Below, one piece after another: positions 25,397-35,378 of a stretch of 64,000 nucleotides of DNA. A model generated the notes under the pieces. The model was not told where the DNA came from, made no database searches, and worked only from the letters and a program-made list of their open reading frames with translations. The DNA is from Gaiellaceae bacterium. Its GTDB lineage: Bacteria; Actinomycetota; Thermoleophilia; Gaiellales; Gaiellaceae. The DNA lies in NCBI GenBank assembly GCA_035518635.1, contig DATIXI010000041.1:13017-77016 (forward strand), written 5' to 3'. Each line of letters opens with the position of its first letter. Position 1 is the stretch's first letter. The translations under genes and the position numbers were made by a program.

Positions 25397-26323
25397 TCAG
25401 ACGTCCGCGTAGGGCTCGACGCTCATGTACTTGAAGCCCGAGTCGACGGCCAGGGTCACGACCATCGCCTGAGGACCGAGGCGCTCGGCCAGGCGGTGCG
25501 CGCCGACGACGTTCGCCCCTGTCGAGATCCCCGCGAAGATGCCGTCCTCTCGCGCGAGCCGGGCGGTCATCGCGATCGCCTCCTCGTCGCCGATCGCCTC
25601 GAGGTGGTCGACCTTCTCCGGGTGCCAGTGCGGCATCCGCAAACCCGTCCAGCCCTGGATCAGGAACGACCCGCGCTCGCCGCCGCCGATCGCGGGCGAC
25701 CCGGCCGGCTCGTGCGCCTGGATGAACACGCCGTGCGGCTTCAGCGCGTCCGAGACGCCCATCAGCGAGCTCGCCGTCCCGAGCCCGTGGCAGAACCCGG
25801 TCACCCGCCCCTCGCTCTGCTCCCAGATCTCGCGGCCGAGCCGGTCGCGGTGGTCGGGGATGATGTACGGGTTGTTGAACTGGTCGGTCGCGTAGTGGCC
25901 GGGCAGCGCGGCGAGCTCGGCCGCGCGGGCGACCATGTTCTCGATGTCCTGCGCGGTCACGTTCGGGCGGCCGGCGACCGACTTCACGACGTCGAGCTCG
26001 GCCCCGAGGGCCCGCATCAGCTGGAACCGCTCCTCCGTGAAGCAGTCGGCGATCACGATCAGCGCGCGGTAGCCCTTCGCGCCGCAGACGAGCGCCAGGG
26101 CCGGGCCCGTGCTCCCTCCGGTGTACTCGACGACCGTGTCTCCGGGCGAGATCAGGCCGTCCCGCTCGGCACCCTCGATCATCGCCTGCGCCATCCGGTC
26201 CTTCAGCGAGCCGGTCGGGTTCGTGTACTCGAGCTTGAGCCAGAGCTCCGCGCCGTTCTCGGGCGCGCAGTGCCGCACGCGCACGAGCGCCGTGTTCCCG
26301 ATCGCCTCGAGGATCGACTCCAC
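25397..26323 (-). CDS. Cysteine synthase family PLP-dependent enzyme
   Basis: IGNTALVRV, LKLEYTNPTGSLKDRMA (PLP lysine) and a GTASSLMG-type loop. Confidence 0.85.
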   Translation of the reverse strand: MESILEAIGNTALVRVRHCAPENGAELWLKLEYTNPTGSLKDRMAQAMIEGAERDGLISPGDTVVEYTGGSTGPALALVCGAKGYRALIVIADCFTEERFQLMRALGAELDVVKSVAGRPNVTAQDIENMVARAAELAALPGHYATDQFNNPYIIPDHRDRLGREIWEQSEGRVTGFCHGLGTASSLMGVSDALKPHGVFIQAHEPAGSPAIGGGERGSFLIQGWTGLRMPHWHPEKVDHLEAIGDEEAIAMTARLAREDGIFAGISTGANVVGAHRLAERLGPQAMVVTLAVDSGFKYMSVEPYADV

Positions 26324-26357
26324 CGGGGGATCATCGCTGACCGGTTAGAGTGGCGCC

Positions 26358-26639
26358 GTGACCGATCAGGATCCCAGTAAGGGAAACACCGTCGGGCTGG
26401 CACTCGGAGCCGGCGGCGTCCTCGCCCTCGTCGTCGGATGGAGGCGCAACTTCCCCGTTCTGAGCGCGTTCGGAGCCACCCTGGCGCTCGCAGGCGGAGG
26501 CCTCTACGCGCATCGCAAGGTCGCGGAGCGCGACGAGAGGATCGAGGAAGCCCAGAGCCAGATCCGCTCCGAGCTCGACGAGCTCGACCCGCTTACGCGC
26601 GCGCAGGTCCTCGAGGGCCTTGCCCGCTCCGACGCCTAG
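26358..26639 (+). CDS. Small membrane protein, two predicted TM helices plus charged helical tail
   Basis: GTG start; VGLALGAGGVLALVVGW and LSAFGATLALAGGGLY hydrophobic segments. Confidence 0.5.
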   Translation: MTDQDPSKGNTVGLALGAGGVLALVVGWRRNFPVLSAFGATLALAGGGLYAHRKVAERDERIEEAQSQIRSELDELDPLTRAQVLEGLARSDA

Positions 26640-26695
26640 CCCGTCAGCATTCGACGCCGACGTGGTCGAACCGCCAGCCGGCGGGAGCTACCTGC

Positions 26696-27646
26696 TCACC
26701 AGTCGGTCGCGGCGTCTTCCCACCACTGCGACCTGACATGCGTGATCACCTGGCGGCCGCTGCCGTCGGGTCGGACCCTCTCGAGGCCGTCATCGGTGCT
26801 GAACACGATCCACCTGCCGTCCGCAGACCAGCTCGGGGTCATGCCCCAGACCTTCAGGGAGCGAACGTGACTGCCGTCCGCGTTCATCACCAGGAGCCCA
26901 CGGCCGTCGCTGAAGACGATGTGCCTGCTGTCGGGCGACCAGCCCGCCTGCCCGGACGAGTAGACCTTGCCGTACGTGAGCTGCTGCAGGCGGTGATTGG
27001 AAGTCGAGAGGCGGAAGATCTGACTCGGAAGCGGGCGATGGGCCGCGGGATCCCGTGTGAAGACGATCCAGCGGCCGTTCGGCGACCACGCCGGCCCCGA
27101 GTCGCTGCTCGGCGTCCAGGTCAGGCGCGTCACAGCGCCTGACCGAGCGTTGGCGAGGTAGAGCTGCTCCGGGACACCCTTGCTCGGCGGGGAAGCGGGG
27201 TCGGCCGAGAACACGATCGCCCGGCCGTTCGGGGCCCAGTCCAGATCCTGCGCCTCGACATCGGTCGCGAAGAGCTGGATTCGGTGCAGCCGCGTGAGGG
27301 CTCGCTGATGTGTGCCGTCCGCGGCCATCAGCCAGATCTGGGCTGTGACCGGAGGCTTCTGGCGCGGCCGGAAGAAGGCGATCTCCCTTCGATCGGGTGA
27401 CCACCTGGGCGAAGACTCGCTCACCTTGTCGTGCGTGAGGATTCCGAGGCCGGAGCCATCGGGCTGGATGAGGGCGATCTCGCCGCGGCCGCAATCACCC
27501 GGAACCATTTGCCCGCCGGGCGTCGCGAACGGGCAGAGATGGTCGTGCATGAACACGACCGGGTAGCCCCCCGAGACATTGCCGCCACCACCAGCGGGAG
27601 ACGCCAGCACGAGCAAGACGAACAGAACCAGAGGCAACCTCTTCAT
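26696..27646 (-). CDS. PD40/TolB-like beta-propeller repeat protein, exported
   Basis: Signal peptide MKRLPLVLFVLLVLASPAGG. Repeated W(S/A)P(D/N)GR.IVF units. ATG 27646 lies 8 nt after GAGAGG. Confidence 0.8.
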   Translation of the reverse strand: MKRLPLVLFVLLVLASPAGGGGNVSGGYPVVFMHDHLCPFATPGGQMVPGDCGRGEIALIQPDGSGLGILTHDKVSESSPRWSPDRREIAFFRPRQKPPVTAQIWLMAADGTHQRALTRLHRIQLFATDVEAQDLDWAPNGRAIVFSADPASPPSKGVPEQLYLANARSGAVTRLTWTPSSDSGPAWSPNGRWIVFTRDPAAHRPLPSQIFRLSTSNHRLQQLTYGKVYSSGQAGWSPDSRHIVFSDGRGLLVMNADGSHVRSLKVWGMTPSWSADGRWIVFSTDDGLERVRPDGSGRQVITHVRSQWWEDAATDW

Positions 27647-27756
27647 CGGCCACACCTCTCGTGGGTCTCAGCATCCAGCAGACGTCGCTCGCCGGCATCG
27701 GGATCTCCACCGATCGCCGCTCGGCAAAACACGTAGCCGAGAGGGATCCGCGCCGG

Positions 27757-28110
27757 CTAGGAGGCCGCGTACTTCTCGCTGCCCACGATGTGCAGGGAGA
27801 CGTAGGGCTCGTCGCCGACGACCCAGCTGTCGTGGCCGGGCGGGATGTAGAAGAAGTCACCCGCCTTCATCACGAACTCGCGTCCGTCCTCCATCGCGGC
27901 GACGGCGCTTCCGCTGAGGACGAGGCCGACGTGCTCGACCTGGCAGGACGACTCGCCGGTTTGCGCGCCGACGTGCTCCGACCACTTCCAGCCCGGCTCG
28001 TAGGTCGCGCGCCCGAGCGTCGCCGGGCCGACTTCGTACACCTCGAAGCGCCCCTTCTCGAACGTCCGCGTCTCGGTCGGCTCGTCGAAGTTGATCAGCT
28101 CGAGATCCAT
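27757..28110 (-). CDS. Cupin domain protein
   Basis: CQVEHVGLVLSGS...MKAGDFFYIPPGHDSWV cupin motifs; ATG 28110. Confidence 0.75.
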   Translation of the reverse strand: MDLELINFDEPTETRTFEKGRFEVYEVGPATLGRATYEPGWKWSEHVGAQTGESSCQVEHVGLVLSGSAVAAMEDGREFVMKAGDFFYIPPGHDSWVVGDEPYVSLHIVGSEKYAAS

Positions 28111-28192
28111 GGAGGAAAGCCTACGCGCGCCGTCGCCGTCCTCGTCGTCCGTAATCATCCCGGCGCGTGGCGTCCCCCACTGTGGCCCGCAA

Positions 28193-28888
28193 TTGAGCAT
28201 CGACCACGTCGCCGGAGTCCTGCTGGTCGGCCTCCCGATCGCGTTCAACGTCTTCTTCTTCCTGCTCGGCATGCGCTTCGACTACCCGTCCGTGCTCCGC
28301 AGCCCGGTCGGCACGATCCTCAGCCGCTTCCACGCGGGAGGAGCGCAGCTCAGGCTGCTCTGGTACGGGTTCATGCTCACCGCGGTGCTGCTCGCGCCGG
28401 TCGTCGTCCTGCTCGGCCAGGTGCTCGCGCGCGACGGCCTCCGGGTCGTCCCGGTGATGACGACCGTCGGCGTGCTGGCCGCGACCGTCCAGTTCCTCGG
28501 GCTCGCGCGCTGGCCGTTCCTCGTCCCTTCGCTCGCGCGGACCTACGAGAGCCCGAGCTCGAGCCAGGGCACGCGCGAGGCGGTCGCGGTCACATTCGGC
28601 GCCCTTCACCGCTACCTCGGCGTGGCCGTCGGCGAGTGCCTCGGCTACCTGTTCACGGGCGCGTGGACCGTGCTCGTCGGAGTGGCCATGCTGCAGTCGA
28701 GCACGTTCGACGCCTGGCTCGCGCTGCCAGGGATCGTGATCGGGTCGTTCCTGATCCTCGGTTCTCTCGAGTTCGTCGGGCCGTTCGAGGAGGAAGGCTG
28801 GAAGCTCGCCGGCTCGGTGGTGCCGATCGCCTACACCGCCTGGTCGGTGTGGCTGATCGCCACAGGCGTCGTCCTCCTCATCGACTGA
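28193..28888 (+). CDS. Integral membrane protein (DUF4386-like)
   Basis: About six hydrophobic helices. The start is uncertain: TTG 28193 was chosen, and the ORF is open from 28091, which would overlap the divergent cupin start. Confidence 0.6.
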   Translation: MSIDHVAGVLLVGLPIAFNVFFFLLGMRFDYPSVLRSPVGTILSRFHAGGAQLRLLWYGFMLTAVLLAPVVVLLGQVLARDGLRVVPVMTTVGVLAATVQFLGLARWPFLVPSLARTYESPSSSQGTREAVAVTFGALHRYLGVAVGECLGYLFTGAWTVLVGVAMLQSSTFDAWLALPGIVIGSFLILGSLEFVGPFEEEGWKLAGSVVPIAYTAWSVWLIATGVVLLID

Positions 28889-29624
28889 GCGGCGAGGATT
28901 CGCCATCGCCGTGCCAGCGAAGCACGCCGATTCCACCCCAGGTATCGCCGAGTCGGTTGTCACCCGGGTCGACGAATTCGAACGATTCGAAGCGGTCTCG
29001 CACCTCGAGCCAGAACGTGCTCACGCCCCAGCTCTGCTGGGGCAGGGTGTCGTGGAACGCGACGAGCCCGCCCGGCTTGACGAACGGCGCGAAGGTCTCG
29101 AAATCGGCCTTGACACCTTCGTAGCTGTGATCGCCGTCGATGAATAGGAAATCGAGTTGCCTTCCGTCCAAGACGGAAATCAGCGCTTCGACCGCCGTGG
29201 GCGCATGTGAATCGTCTCGAATGAAGGCGAGCTTCTGCGCCTCGCCGCCGTAGCCGCGAAGAAGGGGAAGAACCTCGTCGGCGCTTCCGCCTCCACCCGC
29301 AAACTCGCCGGGCAGATCCATGCTCACGACGGTTGCGTCGGGCGCGGCGAGGCGACACCACAGCCAGAACGTTCCCCCGTGAGCTGTGCCGATCTCTGCG
29401 ACCGTCGACAACTCCTCCGAGCGCAGAAGCTGGATCAGCGGGACGAGCTCGGTCGGCTTTTGCAGGGCGTTCCGTCGAACGCAGCCGCGGGCGAGCTGAA
29501 TGTCGGGCAACGGAGTCCGGCGAAACCCGAGCAATGCGTATGCGCGGAGCACGTTGCGCGATTTCCGGTACTCGACTCGACACCATCTGGCAGCTCTGCG
29601 CGGGGATTTCAGCCAGGTTCGCAT
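28878..29624 (-). CDS. Class I SAM-dependent methyltransferase
   Basis: VAEIGTAHGGTFWLW (motif I-like), FLFIDGDHSYEGVKADF and LVAFHD. Noticeably lower GC than its neighbours. Confidence 0.7.
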   Translation of the reverse strand: MRTWLKSPRRAARWCRVEYRKSRNVLRAYALLGFRRTPLPDIQLARGCVRRNALQKPTELVPLIQLLRSEELSTVAEIGTAHGGTFWLWCRLAAPDATVVSMDLPGEFAGGGGSADEVLPLLRGYGGEAQKLAFIRDDSHAPTAVEALISVLDGRQLDFLFIDGDHSYEGVKADFETFAPFVKPGGLVAFHDTLPQQSWGVSTFWLEVRDRFESFEFVDPGDNRLGDTWGGIGVLRWHGDGESSPLSR

Positions 29625-29647
29625 CTCGTCGGCGTCGAGGCCCTGGC

Positions 29648-30337
29648 CTAGTACTCGTCGCGGCGGCGGACCCACGACTGGCCGCGATCGCCTTCGTTGC
29701 GACCCTTCGGAACCAGGTCGAGGTAGTTGTAGGCGGTGTTCAGCAGGTCGATTCCGCGTGCGTACGACGAGTACGTGTGGAACACCTCCCCGTCCTCGTC
29801 TTGGAAGAAGACGCTCATGCCCTCGCGATCCTGGATCCCGGGGCTCAGGCTCCCGTAGTTGTAGACGGGGCTCGACCGATCGTCCGGCGTGAACGAGACG
29901 CCGTAGTCGAAGTTGAAGTCGCTCCCGGCCGAGGAGACCCATTCGAAGCTCCAGCCCATCCGCTCCCGATAGGCGAGGAGCTTCTCGAGGGGCGCGCGCG
30001 AGATCGCCACGAAGCTGACGTCTCGCGCGTTCAGATGGATCACGTTCGGGTTGAAGCTGTCCGCCCAGAACGAGCAGCTCTTGCAACCGGCATCGTCGTC
30101 CGGTCCGAACATGAAGTGGTAGACGACGAGCTGGCTTCGGCCCAGGAAGAGGTCGGCGAGCGTCACCTCGCCGTCCTCCCCGTCGAAGACGTACTCGTTC
30201 TCGACCCGCTCCCACGGCAGCTCGCGCCGTTGCCGACCCAGCTCGTCGCGCACGCGCGTGAACTCTTTCTCCCTGGCGAGCAACGCCCTGCGCGCCTCGA
30301 CCCACTCCTCGTGCTCGACGATCCTGTGGCCGCTCAT
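29648..30337 (-). CDS. DUF899 (thioredoxin-like) family protein
   Basis: EEWVEARRALLAREKEFTRVRDEL...LVVYHFMFGPD...CKSCSF pattern. ATG 30337 overlaps the upstream stop (ATGA). Confidence 0.75.
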   Translation of the reverse strand: MSGHRIVEHEEWVEARRALLAREKEFTRVRDELGRQRRELPWERVENEYVFDGEDGEVTLADLFLGRSQLVVYHFMFGPDDDAGCKSCSFWADSFNPNVIHLNARDVSFVAISRAPLEKLLAYRERMGWSFEWVSSAGSDFNFDYGVSFTPDDRSSPVYNYGSLSPGIQDREGMSVFFQDEDGEVFHTYSSYARGIDLLNTAYNYLDLVPKGRNEGDRGQSWVRRRDEY

Positions 30338-31263
30338 TGGTCGTGCACGTAGAGGACCTCGGTCCCCGCGAGGTAGTCGGCGAGGCCGCGGCGCCGCTCC
30401 GTGAACAGGACCGGCACGAAGCCGAGGAACGCCGGAATGATCGAGAGCACCAGCCCGAACAGGCGCACGATCGAGCGGCCCACGGACGGGACGCCGCCGG
30501 CCAGGACCCGGACGCGGAGCCGGAGGAGCCGCATCCCCGGTGTCTGGCCCGCGGCACTCCAGCCGAGCACGAAGTAGACGCCGACGACCAGGAGCCAGCC
30601 CACCGAGAGTAGGACGCCGACCAGCCACTGTGGGCGAATCCCGCCGACCAGCGAGCCGATGAGGGCGACGATCCCGACCGCGGCCATGTAGAGGAGCGTC
30701 GCCAGGATCGTGTCGGTCGCGAGGGCCAGTGCCCTGGTCGCGATCCCCGCGTAGGGGGGCGTCGCCGGGCGCACGCGGCGGCTGATGAGGTGCTCGGCAC
30801 GGCCGTCGACCCCCACGGCTGCAGAGCGGAGGCTGCCGACGACCTCCTCGGCGAGCCCCGTGGTCTGCCTGGCGATCGCGTCCCGCAGCTCGGGGCTCGA
30901 GGCGACGTGCCGGAGCACGTGCTGCGCCTCCTCGCTCTTCAGCACCCGGTCGGTGAGCTCGAGCGTCTGCGGGCTCGCGAGCGCGTTGGTCAGGAGGCGC
31001 TCCAGCTCGCCGCTCGAGGCGAGCTCCTCGACCACACGCTCGAGCACGCGGTGCCGGACGACGGAGCGCGCCAGCTCCTCGGGCAGCGGCCCGGCGAGCG
31101 TCCGGTCGATGACGCGCGCGATCTCGGGAGCGGAGAGGACCTCGTCGACGGCCTCCTCGAGCTGGTCGCGCCAGGCCCGGGCCGCGGCGCGCGCGGGGAA
31201 GAACGCCGCGCGGCCCGCGGCGTCGGCCAGGCTCGACAGGCGCTCGTCTTCTCCCGCTGCCAT
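30334..31263 (-). CDS. RDD family membrane protein with an N-terminal helical soluble domain
   Basis: C-terminal RDD-type TM region (YAGIATRALALATD..., GQTPGMRLLRLRV..., RRGLADYLAGTEV). Confidence 0.7.
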   Translation of the reverse strand: MAAGEDERLSSLADAAGRAAFFPARAAARAWRDQLEEAVDEVLSAPEIARVIDRTLAGPLPEELARSVVRHRVLERVVEELASSGELERLLTNALASPQTLELTDRVLKSEEAQHVLRHVASSPELRDAIARQTTGLAEEVVGSLRSAAVGVDGRAEHLISRRVRPATPPYAGIATRALALATDTILATLLYMAAVGIVALIGSLVGGIRPQWLVGVLLSVGWLLVVGVYFVLGWSAAGQTPGMRLLRLRVRVLAGGVPSVGRSIVRLFGLVLSIIPAFLGFVPVLFTERRRGLADYLAGTEVLYVHDQ

Positions 31264-31333
31264 GACGGAAGTATCACCCGCCGGGCCCGCGTCGATCGGC
31301 ACTGCCTCCGGCACCCCGTGCGACGATTCCCGT

Positions 31334-32230
31334 ATGAGCGCGATCCTCGCGGAGAAGCTGACGAAGCGGTACGGCGAGACGCTCGCGCTCGACGCGCTCG
31401 ATCTCGACGTGCAGCTCGGCGAGACGTACGGATATCTCGGACCCAACGGGGCCGGCAAGACGACCACGATCCGCCTGTTGCTCGGGCTGCACAGGCCGAG
31501 CTCGGGGCGCGCACTGCTCTTCGGCGTCGACGCCTGGCGGGATCCCGTCACCGCGCACGGGCGGACGGCCTACGTCGCAGGTGAGCCCTTCCTCTGGCCG
31601 TCGCTCACGAGCGCGGAGACGTTCGAGTATCTGAGCCGCCTGCACGGCTCGGTGGACGCCGCCTATCGGGACACGCTCGTCCAGCGCTTCCAGCTCGACA
31701 CGGCGAAGCGGGTGCGTGCGCTCTCGAAGGGCAACCGGCAGAAGGTGCAGCTCGTAGCCGCGTTCGCCTCCCGGGCCGATCTGCTCATCCTCGACGAGCC
31801 CACGAACGGCCTCGACCCGTTGATGGAGGTCGCCTTTCGAGAAACCGTGCTCGAGGCGAAGGCGCGGGGCCAGACGGTGTTCCTCTCCTCCCACATCCTG
31901 AGCGAGGTCGAGGCTCTCTGCGACCGGGTCGGGATCCTCCGCCAAGGGCGGCTGGTCGACCAGGGCACCCTTTCCGAGCTCCGCCACCTGAGCGCGCAGA
32001 CAATCGAGGTCGTCTTTGCCGGACCGCCGCCGGAGCTGCCCGCGATCGACGGGACTCACATCGTCCGCGCAGGCGAGAACACGCTCCGCTTCGAGGTGAC
32101 TGGCGACCTCGCTCCCTTGCTTTCTGCGCTCGCCGACCAACCGGTCGTGACGCTGACGAGCCGCGAGCCCACGCTCGAGGAGATCTTCCTGCACCACTAC
32201 GACACGAGCGACGGCCGTGTCGGCGGCTAG
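31334..32230 (+). CDS. ABC transporter ATP-binding protein
   Basis: Walker A GPNGAGKTT, signature LSKGNRQKV, Walker B LLILDEP. Confidence 0.9.
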   Translation: MSAILAEKLTKRYGETLALDALDLDVQLGETYGYLGPNGAGKTTTIRLLLGLHRPSSGRALLFGVDAWRDPVTAHGRTAYVAGEPFLWPSLTSAETFEYLSRLHGSVDAAYRDTLVQRFQLDTAKRVRALSKGNRQKVQLVAAFASRADLLILDEPTNGLDPLMEVAFRETVLEAKARGQTVFLSSHILSEVEALCDRVGILRQGRLVDQGTLSELRHLSAQTIEVVFAGPPPELPAIDGTHIVRAGENTLRFEVTGDLAPLLSALADQPVVTLTSREPTLEEIFLHHYDTSDGRVGG

Positions 32231-33803
32231 CTCGATCGCGCGCAGGGCGTTTGCAGACGGGCGCACGCGCACGCTTTCGTTCGCGCTCCTCTTCGCCGGT
32301 GTCGCGGTTGCGAACGCCGTCGGCTTCCGGCACACCTTCCCGACCCTCGCCGACCGACTCAGCTTCGCCAGGAACTTCGGCCACGACAAGAGCGTTCGCC
32401 TCTTCTACGGCGCCCCGCACGACCTGCTCACCGCTGGGGGCTACACCGCCTGGCGTGCGGGCGGGTCGCTCTCGATCTTCGCAGCGATGTGGGGTCTGCT
32501 CGCCGCGATCCGGGCGTTCCGAACGGAAGAGGACGCCGGCCGGCAAGAGCTCGTCCTCTCGGGGGCCGTCACGCGGACAGCCGCGTTTCTAGCCGCACTC
32601 GCCGCCATCGGTGCGGGTGCTCTCGTGCTCTGGCTCGCCCTCTTCCTCGGGCTCGTCGGTGCGCGGCTGCCCGCGGCAGGCTCGGCCTTCCTCGCCCTGG
32701 CCACGGTCGCCGTCATTCCGGCGTTCGTGGGCGTCGGCGCTCTCGCGAGCCAGATCGCCGCGAGCCGCCGAGTCGCGCTCGAGCTCGGAAGTGCTGCTCT
32801 CGGAGGCGCCTTTCTCCTGCGCGTGATCGCCGACACGTCGAGCCTCGGCTGGCTCCGTTGGACGACGCCGCTCGGCTGGACCGAGGAGCTGCGGGCGTTT
32901 GCCGGACAACGTCCGTCCGTCCTCCTGCTCCCGGCGGCCGCAGGCGCACTTCTGCTCCTGATCTCGGCCCTGATCTCCGGGCGGCGCGACGTGGGTACGG
33001 GGCTGCTCCATACCAAGGACAGCGCCGAGCCGAGCTCGCGGCTGCTCGGCTCTCCGACCCGCTACGCGCTGCGCAGCGAGCGCATCAGCCTCGCCGGCTG
33101 GCTGTTCGGGGCAGGCTTCTTCGCCTTCATCCTCGGCGTCATCGCGAGCAGCATCTCGTCCACCACCTTGCCCGCGAGCGTTCAGCAGCGGCTCGAGAAG
33201 CTCGGCAGCGTGGCGATCACGACCCCTGCGGGCTACCTCGGGTTCACGTTCCTGTTCTTCATCTTCGTGATCAGCCTCTTCTGCTGCTCACAGATAGCCG
33301 CCGCGCGGCGCGAAGAGGCCGAGCAGCAGCTCGAGACGCTCCTCGCTCTCCCGGTCTCGCGCCGTAGGTGGTTCGGAGGAAGGCTCGTGCTGGCCGCTGC
33401 CGGGGCCACGGTCATCTCTCTCGTGACGGGCGTGCTTGCCTGGGCGGGCTCAGCCTCGCAAGGCGCGGACGTCTCGCTGGCGCAGATGCTCGGCGCCGGC
33501 GCCAACTGCCTCCCGGCGGCGCTGCTCTTTCTCGGGATCGGCGCACTCGCCTTTGCCGTTCTTCCGCGCGCGAGCGCGGGAATCGCGTACGGCGTGGCGA
33601 GCCTCGCCTTTCTCTGGCAGCTGTTCGGCTCCGTTCTCGGCGCGCCGACCTGGCTGCTCGACCTTTCGCCCTTCCGTCACATCGGCCTCGTCCCCGCACA
33701 ACCGTTCCGGGCGGGTGAGGCAGCGGCGATGCTCGCGATCGCCGCGCTCTTGACGCTGGTCTCGCTGCGCCTCTTCGACCGCCGCGACCTGCTCGGCGCC
33801 TAG
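32217..33803 (+). CDS. ABC transporter permease (ABC-2 type, ~12 TM)
   Basis: Overlaps the ATPase stop by 14 nt; highly hydrophobic 528-aa product. Confidence 0.75.
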   Translation: MSAASSIARRAFADGRTRTLSFALLFAGVAVANAVGFRHTFPTLADRLSFARNFGHDKSVRLFYGAPHDLLTAGGYTAWRAGGSLSIFAAMWGLLAAIRAFRTEEDAGRQELVLSGAVTRTAAFLAALAAIGAGALVLWLALFLGLVGARLPAAGSAFLALATVAVIPAFVGVGALASQIAASRRVALELGSAALGGAFLLRVIADTSSLGWLRWTTPLGWTEELRAFAGQRPSVLLLPAAAGALLLLISALISGRRDVGTGLLHTKDSAEPSSRLLGSPTRYALRSERISLAGWLFGAGFFAFILGVIASSISSTTLPASVQQRLEKLGSVAITTPAGYLGFTFLFFIFVISLFCCSQIAAARREEAEQQLETLLALPVSRRRWFGGRLVLAAAGATVISLVTGVLAWAGSASQGADVSLAQMLGAGANCLPAALLFLGIGALAFAVLPRASAGIAYGVASLAFLWQLFGSVLGAPTWLLDLSPFRHIGLVPAQPFRAGEAAAMLAIAALLTLVSLRLFDRRDLLGA

Positions 33804-33807
33804 GGCC

Positions 33808-35268
33808 CTATTCAGCCTCTGCCACGGCGGGAGCGCCGATCGCCTCCTCGCCGTGATGCGCCGGAGCCTGGAGGCGGGTCTGGAGCAGCAGGCCGCCGAC
33901 GGCCGCGCCCGCGGCGGCGAAGGCCGCCCCCGCGACGAACGCGACGTGGTAGCCGCCGTTCAGCGCCGCGGCCAGGGACTCGCCCGAGCCCAGCAGGCTC
34001 GTCGTCCTCCGCGCCGCGATGCTGGCGAGCACGGCGAGCCCCAGCGCGCCGCCCATCATGAACGCCGTGTTCACGACACCCGACGCGAGGCCGGCCTCCT
34101 CGTGAGGGACGTCGCTCATGGCGGCGAGCAGCAGCGGGTTGAACGCCATCCCCGCACCGCAGCCGAGCAGGATCATGCTCGGGAGCACGTCCATCGCATA
34201 GCTCCCGTCGACCGGCGCGCGCGCGAAGAGCAGGAGGCCGAGCGCCGCCAGCGAGAGGCCGACGGCGAGCGGGATCCGGATCCCGTAGCGCATCACGAGC
34301 TTCGCGGACAAGCCCAGCGAGAACGCGCCCATGATCAGGCTCGTCGGCAGGAACGCGAGGCCCACGTCGAGCGGGCTGTAGCCGAGCACCCGCTGCAGGT
34401 ACAGGGCCGAGAGGAAGAACCAGGCGAACATCGCCGCCGCCCAGAGCACGCCGACGCCGTTCGCGGTCGCCACGTTGCGCAGTCGGAAGAGCCCGAGCGG
34501 CACGAGCGGCGAGCTGACGCGTGACTCGATCCAGAGGAACAGCACGAGCAGGCCGGCCGCCACGGCGAGCAGGCCGAGCGTACGGCCGGTCACCCAGCCC
34601 ACCTGATTGCCGTTCACGATCGCGTAGACGGCGAGCATCAGCGCCGAGGTGACCGTGACGGCGCCTGCGACGTCGAGCTTGGTGTCGGCCGCCGGCCCGC
34701 GGCCGCCCGGAAGCAGGTAGAGGCAGAGGACGAAGACCGCGATGCCGACCGGGATGTTGACGAGGAAGATCCAGTGCCAGCTGAGCGTGTCCGTGAGGAT
34801 GCCACCGAGCAGCACACCGACCGTCCCGCCGCCCGCGGCCACGAAGCCGAAGACGCCCATCGCCTTCGCGCGGTCGCCGGGCTCGGTGAACAGGGTCATG
34901 ATCAGCGAGAGCGAGACCGCCGAGACGATCGCGCCGCCGAGACCCTGCACGGCCCGCGCGACCACGAGCGAGGCCTCCGACGTCGACAGTCCGCAGGCAA
35001 GCGACGCGAGCGTGAAGAGCGCGAGCCCGATCAGGAACAGCTTCCGGTGGCCGTAGAGGTCTCCCAGCCGGCCGCCGAGCAGCAGGAAGCCGCCGAACGT
35101 CAGCAGGTACGCGTTGACGACCCACGCCAGCGAGGTCTCGCTGAAGCCGAGGTCGGTGCGGATCGACGGCAGCGCCACGTTCACGATCGTCGTGTCGAGC
35201 ACGATCATCAGCGAGCCGAGACAGAGAACGTAGAGGGCGATCCAGCGCCTGCGAGCGTCGAGAGTCAT
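33808..35268 (-). CDS. MFS transporter, DHA2 (EmrB/QacA) family
   Basis: WIALYVLCLGSLMIVLDTTIVNVALPSI and GGRLGDLYGHRK motifs; 14 predicted TM segments; ATG 35268. Confidence 0.85.
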   Translation of the reverse strand: MTLDARRRWIALYVLCLGSLMIVLDTTIVNVALPSIRTDLGFSETSLAWVVNAYLLTFGGFLLLGGRLGDLYGHRKLFLIGLALFTLASLACGLSTSEASLVVARAVQGLGGAIVSAVSLSLIMTLFTEPGDRAKAMGVFGFVAAGGGTVGVLLGGILTDTLSWHWIFLVNIPVGIAVFVLCLYLLPGGRGPAADTKLDVAGAVTVTSALMLAVYAIVNGNQVGWVTGRTLGLLAVAAGLLVLFLWIESRVSSPLVPLGLFRLRNVATANGVGVLWAAAMFAWFFLSALYLQRVLGYSPLDVGLAFLPTSLIMGAFSLGLSAKLVMRYGIRIPLAVGLSLAALGLLLFARAPVDGSYAMDVLPSMILLGCGAGMAFNPLLLAAMSDVPHEEAGLASGVVNTAFMMGGALGLAVLASIAARRTTSLLGSGESLAAALNGGYHVAFVAGAAFAAAGAAVGGLLLQTRLQAPAHHGEEAIGAPAVAEAE

Positions 35269-35378
35269 TCGAGAACGGCGTCCTTTCGGTCGGTGTCGGA
35301 GAGTAGACGGCGCGTGCGGACGGAACTCATCGGTTCCGGGAACGATGAGTTTGCGCCGCGGATTCCGTCCTTCCTGCG

